This document shows, one piece after another, positions 1-7,588 of a stretch of 33,039 nt of DNA (position 1 is its first letter; each line of letters opens with the position of its first letter). The DNA is taken from the NCBI GenBank assembly GCA_014379045.1, contig JACMMK010000128.1, forward strand, positions 1 to 33,039, written 5' to 3'. Under the pieces are notes generated by a model. The model searched no databases. It was not told the origin of the DNA and was given only the letters and a program-made list of their open reading frames with translations. This DNA comes from Burkholderiales bacterium (GTDB taxonomy: Bacteria; Pseudomonadota; Gammaproteobacteria; Burkholderiales; CAIKXV01). A program made the translations under genes and the position numbers.

Positions 1-660
1 AGCATCGTGCGGGCCGGCCGGGAAGGGGGCGACAGCGTGCGCCGCGTAGCTGACGCGGGCGCCGAACTCGTGGCGGGCGTCGGCATCGTGCTGCCGGCCA
101 CGTCGGCGATCGCCGCCGGTCTGGACCTCGGCGCTCAGATCTACAGGCAGCTCGCCGCTGTACGTGCGGCGCGGGCGCTCGATGAATCGCTGGAACGAAT
201 GCAGCCGGTGGTCGATCGCGTCACCGAACTGATCGCAGCACAGCTCGACGAGGCACGCGTGATACTCGTCGCGGCGACGCGCATCGGCGAGGTGAAGCTG
301 CGTTCGCAGTTCGCCGACGAGACCGGCTATCTGCTCGCGCTGCGCAAGGAGCGCGTGGCGCTGTATGCACTGACGCCGCTCACATCGGCAAACGTCGAGC
401 GCCTGCTGCAGATCGAGCGCGTCGAGCGCGCGGTACTCGCGCGTCTGGCACCGATGAACACGGAACTGCGCGCCGGCAACCTGCGCCTGCAATCGGCGCT
501 GCAGCTGACCGCCAGCACACGGCAGGCACTCGCCGACTGGTCGCTGGCCCATCGACAACTGCTCGCCTCGGTGCGCGACGGCACGCCGCTCGATCCGCAG
601 GCGCTCACGCAATCGGTGATCGAACTGCGCGAACTCGTGCAGAGGCTGCGAACGCGGTGA
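1..660 (+). CDS. Hypothetical alpha-helical/coiled-coil protein, probably 5'-truncated by the window edge
   Basis: Frame +1 is open from base 1 to TGA at 658-660. The sequence is A/L/R/E/Q-rich and heptad-like, with one hydrophobic stretch (LVAGVGIVLPATSAIAAGLDLG). No family recognised. Confidence 0.7.
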   Translation, partial: SIVRAGREGGDSVRRVADAGAELVAGVGIVLPATSAIAAGLDLGAQIYRQLAAVRAARALDESLERMQPVVDRVTELIAAQLDEARVILVAATRIGEVKLRSQFADETGYLLALRKERVALYALTPLTSANVERLLQIERVERAVLARLAPMNTELRAGNLRLQSALQLTASTRQALADWSLAHRQLLASVRDGTPLDPQALTQSVIELRELVQRLRTR

Positions 661-794
661 GCGGTTCAGACACGACGACGTCGATGACGCGCGCACACGG
701 CCTGGTCGAACCAGGCAAGACGAACTGAGATGAGCGCGCCGGCGGGGCTGCAGCCATCGGCACCGGTGAACCCTAACGACTGGCGAGGTATCGA

Positions 795-1334
795 ATGAGC
801 CAAGACACGCGGCAGAGCGCGACCGACGACTGGGACCGCATCGAAGGCATCGAGGGCTGGACGCGCAAGCTGCGCTCGCTGTTGCAGGAAGACGCCGCGC
901 TCGCGGCAAAGGCGAGCGATACCTCGGCTCGGCTCGCGATGAGCGAACGGCTGACGCAGTTCGTCGAGCATTCGTTTCCGAACACCGACGCGATCAAGGC
1001 GCTCGACGCGATCGCGACCCGCGCTGCCATCGGCATGCTCGAACAGACGATTGACGAACGTCTGCGCAGCCTGGTCACGCGCAATCTCGAACTGGCGACG
1101 CTGACCAAGCAGCTCGAAGTCGGCACCGACGACGCGCACACGGCCGCAGCGAGCATCCGCCTGGCGCGCGCAGAGAAGACGCTCACCGCGCTGAACGAGG
1201 GCGTGACGATGCTGCGCGAACTGCGCACCAGTCTGAAGCCGGAGGACGATCGACAACTCGTGGCCAGCATCGACAGGGCGATGCTCGCGACGCAGGCGGT
1301 GCGCGCACTGCTTGAGCGCACCCGGGTCGGGTGA
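795..1334 (+). CDS. Hypothetical alpha-helical protein (179 aa)
   Basis: ATG preceded by a GAGGT RBS. Helical amphipathic composition. Stop overlaps the next start (GTGA at 1331-1334), suggesting translational coupling. Confidence 0.75.
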   Translation: MSQDTRQSATDDWDRIEGIEGWTRKLRSLLQEDAALAAKASDTSARLAMSERLTQFVEHSFPNTDAIKALDAIATRAAIGMLEQTIDERLRSLVTRNLELATLTKQLEVGTDDAHTAAASIRLARAEKTLTALNEGVTMLRELRTSLKPEDDRQLVASIDRAMLATQAVRALLERTRVG

Positions 1335-2233
1335 CGCGCGACATCGCCCGGTCGAACGCCGTGCCCGGCCCCGCCATCTTCCTGAGCTACCGTCGCGCCG
1401 ACACCGGCGGGTACGCGGGTCGACTCGCGGCGTCGCTCGAACAGCGCTTCGGTCCGGGCAGTGTTTTTCATGACGTGGTGACGATCGCCCCGGGCAAGGA
1501 TTTCGTCCAGGCGATCGAGGGCGCGATCGAACACGCGCAGGTGGTCCTGGTAGTGATCGGCGACACCTGGCTCGACGCCCGGCATGCCGACGGCGGGCCG
1601 CTCCTCGAACGCCCGGACGATTTCGTGCGCATCGAGGCGGCGACCGCGCTTGCTCTCTCGAAACCGGTGTTGCCGCTGCTCGTCGAAGGGGCGAAGATGC
1701 CCGATGAGAAGCGGCTACCCGACAATCTGAAGGCGCTGGCGCGGCAACAAGCGCTCGAGCTCTCCGACAGCCGCTGGGACTACGACTTCGAACGGCTGGT
1801 CGATTCGCTGCGCACCTTGACTGCGCTAACCGGTCCGACGGACGCCGCCGCGCCGCCCAGGCGACGGACGACGCTGCTCGCACTGGCCGCCGGTGCGGCG
1901 CTCACCGTCGCCGCAGCCGTGTACTTCCTGCAACCCGCACGCCCCCCTGACATTACCGGACGCTGGGATTTGCCCACCGGCAGTTTCTGGATCATCGTGC
2001 AGCAGGGCGATCGCTTCACGATCGAGGAAACGCATTACCAGTCCAGGGAGATATGGAAACGCGGAACCGGTACGATCGCCTCCGGACGCTTTGACTTCAC
2101 GCTCGCCTTGGTGTTCGAGCGCCGGGCGCCCGAAACCGGCAGTCTGCGTCTGTCGACCGATGCGCGCACGCTGGCAGGCGAACTGCGCCGCAGCGACGGC
2201 CGGTCCACCCCGATCGCGTTGACTCGTCACTGA
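1331..2233 (+). CDS. TIR-domain (TIR_2-like) membrane-anchored protein: N-terminal TIR, single TM helix, small C-terminal beta-rich domain
   Basis: IFLSYRRADT...VFHDV..I.PG.DF..AI..AI....VVLVVIG..W...DDFVRIEAATAL is a typical bacterial TIR_2 pattern with the catalytic-position Glu. RRR followed by LLALAAGAALTVAAAVYFL is a TM helix. The tail begins DITGRW. Confidence 0.88.
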   Translation: MTRDIARSNAVPGPAIFLSYRRADTGGYAGRLAASLEQRFGPGSVFHDVVTIAPGKDFVQAIEGAIEHAQVVLVVIGDTWLDARHADGGPLLERPDDFVRIEAATALALSKPVLPLLVEGAKMPDEKRLPDNLKALARQQALELSDSRWDYDFERLVDSLRTLTALTGPTDAAAPPRRRTTLLALAAGAALTVAAAVYFLQPARPPDITGRWDLPTGSFWIIVQQGDRFTIEETHYQSREIWKRGTGTIASGRFDFTLALVFERRAPETGSLRLSTDARTLAGELRRSDGRSTPIALTRH

Positions 2234-2296
2234 AATGGCCCAGCCACGCAATGCGCGTTTGACCGTCCGCATTACCCACCCGGCGGATCGAAGCCG

Positions 2297-4288
2297 ATGA
2301 AACCGCACGCGTTCGTCGCGATGCCGTTCGGCATCAAGCCCGGCCACGACGGCATCCCGATCGATTTCAACCGGGTGTTCAGCGAACTGATCCGTCCCGC
2401 GCTGGAACAGGCTGGCTGCGTCGTCTTCCGCGCCGATGAAGAGACGCGCGCCGGCGACATCCGCACCGACATGTTCCAGGAACTGCTGGTGGCGGACCTG
2501 GTGCTCGCCGATCTGACGCTCGACAACCCGAACGTGTGGTACGAACTCGGCGTGCGCCATGCGCTGCGCGCACGCGGCGTGGTGTTGATTCAGGGCCCGC
2601 GACCCACGCAACCGTTCGATATCTACACCGATCGTAAACTGCGCTATTCGGTCAAGGACGGCGGGCCCGACCCGGCAACCGTCGAGACGGATCGGGCGCG
2701 TCTGTCGACGATGGCGCGCGAGACGATCGATGCGAACAGCGCGCGCAAAGTCAGCCCGGTCTACACGCTACTCGATCACCTGCGCGAACCCGAGTGGCGC
2801 GACCTGCTGCTGTCGGAGGACAACGAGTTCAGCCGCGCCTACGAGGCCTGGCGCTCCCGGATGGAAGTCGCGCGTCAGAAGAATCGGGCCGGCGACATTC
2901 TCGTCCTGGCCGAGGAAACACCGACGCAGGCCCTGCAACTCGAAGCGCGGCGCGCGGCGGGCGATTGCCTGATCAAGTTGCGGCACTTCGATTTCGCGCT
3001 CGAACAGTTCGAGGCCGCCCTCGCGCTGGACGATCAGGATCGCAGTGCGCGCCTGAAACGCGCGCTGTGCCTCGCCCGGCTCGGACGCTTCGAAGAGGCG
3101 CGCGAAGAGGTGCGCAGGTTGCGTGACCAGCGCCCGGGCGATCCCGAGATCTGCACCCTGCTCGGACGCATCGAAATGGAGAGCTGGATTCAGCGCTGGC
3201 AGCAGCCCGACCCCGGCGGCGGCGCAACGCCCTCGGGATCGGGTGCCGGCAGCACCACTGCGTCGCTGCGGGCGGCCGCCGCCGCCGAAGAAGCGAGCCT
3301 GTCCGACGCGATCGAACCCTATCGCACCGCGTTCACCCTGCAACCCGCGAACTACTATGCCGGCGTTGCCTGGCTCACCCTTGCGACACTGCATGTGCAC
3401 CTGACCGAACGCGCCGACCCGGCGTTGATCGAACAGGTGCTGGGCGGTGTGCACTGGTCATGCCTGAGCGCGCTCGAGCGCAGTCCGCGCGACTACACGT
3501 CGCGCGCGAGCTACGCGGAGATGTGCCTGCTCTGCTTCGACGCGGGGCGCGTTCGGGAGTCCTGGAGCACCGCGGTCGCCGCCGCCAACCGTGACTGGTT
3601 CGCGCTCGACTCGTCCCGGCAGACGCTTGCGATGTTAAGAGACCTCGAGTTCCGACCGACGGAAACGGCGCTCGCGCTGTCGATCGTCGAGCGCGAGATC
3701 GCGCGTGCGGCACCGCCGTTCCAGCCCCGCCAGGTGTTCGTGTTCAGCGGACACATGATCGATCAGCCGACGCGACCGATACCGAGATTTCCGATGGAAA
3801 AGTCCACTGGGGCGGCCGCACGCATCGGTTCGGCACTCGATCAGTTAAGTGCGGGGCCCGGCGATCTGGCGCTCTGCCAGGCTGCCGCCGGCGGCGATCT
3901 GCTGTTCCTCGAAGCGTGTCAGCAGCGCAGCGTACGCTGCCAGATGATGTTGCCGTTTCCCGAGCCCGATTATATCGAGCGCTCGGTGTTGCCGGCCCAG
4001 GAAGGGGAGTCGTGGCGCGAACGCTACTACGCGGCCAAGCAGAAACTGACCGACCCGCCGAGAATCATGACGGTAGAGATCGGGCCGCTGCCACGAGGCG
4101 CGAACGCGTATGAACGCTGCAATCTCTGGTCGTTGAACACCGCGCTCGCGTGGGGCGTCGAACGCGTGCGTTTCGTCTGCCTGTGGAACGGTATCGGCGG
4201 CGATGGTCCCGGCGGCACCGCCCACATGTACAACGAGGTCAAGCGGCGTACCGGCCGCGTGACCTGGATCGACGTGCGCTCGTTGTGA
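2297..4288 (+). CDS. Multidomain protein: deoxyribosyltransferase/hydrolase-like (DUF4071, 'TRAFs-binding'-like) N-terminus + TPR repeats + SLOG-like C-terminal domain
   Basis: N-terminus AFVAMPFG...FRADEE...GDIRTDMFQELLVADLVLADLTLDNPNVWYELGVRHA. Central TPR-like repeats (ALEQFEAALALD...ALCLARLGRFEEA; YRTAF...NYYAG). C-terminus FSGHMID...AAGGDLLFLE...LPF...AYERCN...LWNG.GGDGPGGTAHM matches the SLOG (YpsA/DprA-like) pattern. Confidence 0.82.
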   Translation: MKPHAFVAMPFGIKPGHDGIPIDFNRVFSELIRPALEQAGCVVFRADEETRAGDIRTDMFQELLVADLVLADLTLDNPNVWYELGVRHALRARGVVLIQGPRPTQPFDIYTDRKLRYSVKDGGPDPATVETDRARLSTMARETIDANSARKVSPVYTLLDHLREPEWRDLLLSEDNEFSRAYEAWRSRMEVARQKNRAGDILVLAEETPTQALQLEARRAAGDCLIKLRHFDFALEQFEAALALDDQDRSARLKRALCLARLGRFEEAREEVRRLRDQRPGDPEICTLLGRIEMESWIQRWQQPDPGGGATPSGSGAGSTTASLRAAAAAEEASLSDAIEPYRTAFTLQPANYYAGVAWLTLATLHVHLTERADPALIEQVLGGVHWSCLSALERSPRDYTSRASYAEMCLLCFDAGRVRESWSTAVAAANRDWFALDSSRQTLAMLRDLEFRPTETALALSIVEREIARAAPPFQPRQVFVFSGHMIDQPTRPIPRFPMEKSTGAAARIGSALDQLSAGPGDLALCQAAAGGDLLFLEACQQRSVRCQMMLPFPEPDYIERSVLPAQEGESWRERYYAAKQKLTDPPRIMTVEIGPLPRGANAYERCNLWSLNTALAWGVERVRFVCLWNGIGGDGPGGTAHMYNEVKRRTGRVTWIDVRSL

Positions 4289-4415
4289 GCGCGCCGAGCA
4301 CTACCGGCACGGCGCCCGGTGCGCGTCGCGCCTGCCCTGCTGTCCTGCCGCCCCGCCATCCCGGTCGTAGCCGACCACCCCTGCATCCCTGAACCCCCGC
4401 GAAAAGGAGTCTTCG

Positions 4416-5588
4416 ATGAGCGCAGCCCTGATCGAACGTATTGCAAGTCCCGGCCCGAAGAAGATCCTCGCCTGCGACGGCGGCGGCATTCTCGGCCTGA
4501 TGTCGGTCGAAGTGCTGGCCAAGCTCGAAGCCGACCTGCGCGTCGCACGCGGCGACCCGACCCTCGTTCTTTCGGATTTCTTCGATTTCTGCTGCGGCAC
4601 CAGCACCGGCGCGATCATCGCCACCTGCCTCTCGGCCGGCATGTCGATCGACGAGATCCGCGCGTTCTACGTGGGCAGCGGCAAGCAGATGTTCGACAAG
4701 GCTTCGCTGTTCAAGCGCCTTCGCTTCAACTACAACGACGAACCGCTTGCCCAGAAACTGCGCGTCGAACTCAACCGTGCACTCGGACGCAGCGAAGGTC
4801 CGCCCTTTGCTTCACTCGGCGACGAGAACCTGCGCACGCTGCTGATGATGGTGATGCGCAATCACACCACCGACTCGCCGTGGCCGGTGTCGAACAATCC
4901 CCACGCGCGTTACAACGCAGCGCAACGCGGTGACTGCAACCTCAATCTCCCGCTGTGGAAACTCGTGCGTGCGAGTACCGCTGCGCCGACGTTCTTTCCG
5001 CCCGAAGTCGTGCTTTTCGGGGAAGGTTCGCCCAAAGAGTATTCGTTCATCTTCGTCGATGGCGGCGTGACCACCTACAACAATCCCGCGTTCCTCGCCT
5101 TCCAGATGGCTACCGCCGCTCCCTACCAGGTGAACTGGAAAACCGGCGTCGACCAGATGTTGATCGTGTCGATCGGCACCGGCAGCGCGGCCAAGGCGCG
5201 GCCCGACCTGGCCACCGGTGACCTCAATCTGCTGCATTACGCGACGACGATACCCTCGGCGCTGATGAACGCCGCCTCCGCGGGTTGGGACATGGCCTGC
5301 CGCACGCTCGGCGCGTGCCGTTTCGGCCCGTCGATCGATCGCGAGGTCGGCGACATGACGCTCGCTGAAGGTTCTCCCTCTAACTGGACGGCCGAGAAGC
5401 TGTTCACCTACGTGCGCTACGATCCCGATGTCACCCAGCCCGGGCTCGACGCCCTCGGCCTCTCGTCGATCCAGGCGGCGAACGTGCAGGTGATGGATTC
5501 GGTCGAGTTCATTCCCGACATTCAAGCGGTCGGTAAAGCGTATGCCGAACACCATGTCACCCTCGAGCACGTTCGTCCGTTCGTCTGA
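4416..5588 (+). CDS. Patatin-like phospholipase
   Basis: Oxyanion motif DGGGILG, nucleophile GTSTG, ASTAAPTFFPP and catalytic DGG are all present. AAAAGGAG RBS upstream. Confidence 0.95.
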   Translation: MSAALIERIASPGPKKILACDGGGILGLMSVEVLAKLEADLRVARGDPTLVLSDFFDFCCGTSTGAIIATCLSAGMSIDEIRAFYVGSGKQMFDKASLFKRLRFNYNDEPLAQKLRVELNRALGRSEGPPFASLGDENLRTLLMMVMRNHTTDSPWPVSNNPHARYNAAQRGDCNLNLPLWKLVRASTAAPTFFPPEVVLFGEGSPKEYSFIFVDGGVTTYNNPAFLAFQMATAAPYQVNWKTGVDQMLIVSIGTGSAAKARPDLATGDLNLLHYATTIPSALMNAASAGWDMACRTLGACRFGPSIDREVGDMTLAEGSPSNWTAEKLFTYVRYDPDVTQPGLDALGLSSIQAANVQVMDSVEFIPDIQAVGKAYAEHHVTLEHVRPFV

Positions 5589-7248
5589 GCCCGTGAACGT
5601 GCGCGCGACCGGAGTCCGGCGGCGCAGCGCCGAGCGCGACTTGAAGCAGGCGCTTGCGCAGGAGCGTGCGGGACGAGCGATCTTCGTGCGTCAGATCGAT
5701 CCACGACAGCACGCTCGCATCCGCGTCGGGCGCACGCGCCAGCGAACGTTCGGCCAGCGCCCGATCGGTGTTCTCGTCGGCAACGAATACGCAGTCGGCC
5801 ACCCGCCCGACGCCGGCCAGCTGCTGCAGCTCGAATACGCAACCGGCATTCGACGCGGTAAAGCCGCGCAGATCCATCAACACGACCCGGCTGCGCGCCA
5901 CCAGTGCCTGCAGTGTCGGGCGCCACGTGTCGTCGAAACAGAAAAACTCCTCGATGCGGTAACGCCCATCAGGATCGACGCGCGCCTGCTGCAACGCGTG
6001 CAGCCGGGCGGCAAGCCCTGCGCGGTCGGCGACATAGCTCGACTCGATCTCGCCGTGCGCGAACGCCAGTGCCTCGTCGACATCGACCGAGCGCAGCGCG
6101 AGATCGGCGCCGGCGATCATTGCCACCGGCCCGGTGAAGCGCCAGCGCGCGGCCACCGCGTCGAACAATCGCTCGGTACGCTGCTGATGCCCGAACACCC
6201 GCAACAGCAACAGCGCGGGTCCGTCGCCGCGGCGTCCCAGATCGAGCCGACGCAACAGAAGCCTCACCCCGAAGAAGTAGACGACGTACGCCCCTGCCGC
6301 GCACACCAGTGCAGTCGATGGACCGTAGCGCCACAGCGAGGTCAGCCCGAACGCGACGATGACGCCCCACCAGGCATCGGCGAGCAGTTGCATGTCGCTG
6401 AAGCGGCGGGCGCGGTAGCGCGCGGCCAGTGCCCCGGCTGCGCGCCACGCGAACCAGCCGACCGGCAGGCTCGCGCCAAGAATGATCGACGCGGGCCCCG
6501 TGTTCATCGCCAACAGGCGTATCGGCGTCAATTCGAGCGGCTCGGTCCCGGCGAACAGAAGCATGAAACCGTGATAGACGATTGCAATCACCAGCGACAG
6601 CGACATCACCATGACGAGGACGAGCGGCAGCACGTTGCGCAGGCGCGGGCGCCCGGTCAGGTAGACCAGCGCTGCGGGCACCGCGGCAGTCCAACCGAAG
6701 CCCGCGAGAAAATAGCCCGCATTGAGCAGCAGTTCGAGGGTGAGTTCGCGTCCGGTCGCCAGGCGCAGCAGTGCCGGCACCGCCACGGCGAGGACGGTGC
6801 CGATGGCACACACCAACGCGAACCCGAGCCAGGTCTGCCGGCGCTCCGCGTGTACCAGCGCTGCGATGATGAACAGCGCGGCGGCCCAGTTGGGATACCA
6901 CCAGATCGCCGCCCGCAACGCGCCCAGCCCGTCGCTCGACTCGCGCCACAATTCGAACATCGGCGGGGCATGAAGGACTGCTGCGGACAATCCGAACGCC
7001 ACCGCGTACGCGAACACGAGCCCTCGCCGGACCCGTACGTCGTCTTGCGCGTGGGTGGCAAACGCGCGCGCCGGGGGCGGCGGCGCCATCGGCTGCCCGG
7101 CGTCGAAGTCGCGCGCATTCGACACCATGCGCATCGTCCTGGCGAGCGCACGCCGATAGAAACCGAGAAACGCCCACGTGACGAGCAGCGAGACGAGCAA
7201 GCCGCTGGCAAGGGCGTAGAGAATTTCTCCCGACTGTATCGTGGACAT
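5557..7248 (-). CDS. Multi-pass membrane protein with C-terminal cytoplasmic TIR/NDT-like (flavodoxin-fold) domain
   Basis: About 10 hydrophobic segments in the N-terminal ~340 aa, then LLLLRVFG...DDTWRPTLQALVARSRVVLMDLRGF...GCVFELQQL. The 3' end overlaps the patatin 3' end convergently. Confidence 0.72.
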   Translation of the reverse strand: MSTIQSGEILYALASGLLVSLLVTWAFLGFYRRALARTMRMVSNARDFDAGQPMAPPPPARAFATHAQDDVRVRRGLVFAYAVAFGLSAAVLHAPPMFELWRESSDGLGALRAAIWWYPNWAAALFIIAALVHAERRQTWLGFALVCAIGTVLAVAVPALLRLATGRELTLELLLNAGYFLAGFGWTAAVPAALVYLTGRPRLRNVLPLVLVMVMSLSLVIAIVYHGFMLLFAGTEPLELTPIRLLAMNTGPASIILGASLPVGWFAWRAAGALAARYRARRFSDMQLLADAWWGVIVAFGLTSLWRYGPSTALVCAAGAYVVYFFGVRLLLRRLDLGRRGDGPALLLLRVFGHQQRTERLFDAVAARWRFTGPVAMIAGADLALRSVDVDEALAFAHGEIESSYVADRAGLAARLHALQQARVDPDGRYRIEEFFCFDDTWRPTLQALVARSRVVLMDLRGFTASNAGCVFELQQLAGVGRVADCVFVADENTDRALAERSLARAPDADASVLSWIDLTHEDRSSRTLLRKRLLQVALGAAPPDSGRAHVHGLRRTDERARG

Positions 7249-7309
7249 CGGTGTCGTCCAGGCGCATAACTGCGCTGAGAGTTCCGCAAACTACCGCGCC
7301 CGAAGACCC

Positions 7310-7534
7310 ATGGCAACCGTCGAATCCAGCGACTCTGCGCCTTCTACAGCGCGACCCTCCGCGTCGGCCGCGGCGAGTGGTCAGGCGATCGCGGACAATG
7401 TCGCGCCGCGCATCCGCGCATCGCGCTGGCTCCCAGGTTGGGCACGCTTCATACTCGCGCTCTGGGCCGTGGTACTGCTTTTGCTCGCGTTTCAACATGT
7501 TTCGCTGATGCTGTTCACTGCATCTGTCGGCTGA
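7310..7534 (+). CDS. Possible small membrane protein (~74 aa)
   Basis: ATG at 7310 is in frame with ORF 7241..7534. Ser/Ala-rich N-terminus then one hydrophobic helix (FILALWAVVLLLLAF). Fills the gap before the TIR gene. No clear RBS. Confidence 0.4.
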   Translation: MATVESSDSAPSTARPSASAAASGQAIADNVAPRIRASRWLPGWARFILALWAVVLLLLAFQHVSLMLFTASVG

Positions 7535-7588
7535 CACCCCGCGCTCGTCCCCATCACGGGCAGACCTGAACCGCACCGCACGCTTTCG

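Noticed and set aside
3200-3300. Gly/Ser/Ala low-complexity stretch with GCC runs as a possible repeat or insertion element
   Set aside because: It is an in-frame flexible loop within the TPR region, with no terminal repeats or periodic unit.
1331-5588. Calling the locus Thoeris or CBASS
   Set aside because: No SIR2/Macro-type ThsA and no CD-NTase motif are visible. Only individual domains are shared with those systems.
5542-7269. 575-aa plus-strand ORF, and the 570-aa minus ORF 5969..7681
   Set aside because: Arg/Gln/His-rich shadow frames of the membrane protein gene 5557..7248. Long shadow ORFs are expected in high-GC DNA and these carry no motifs.
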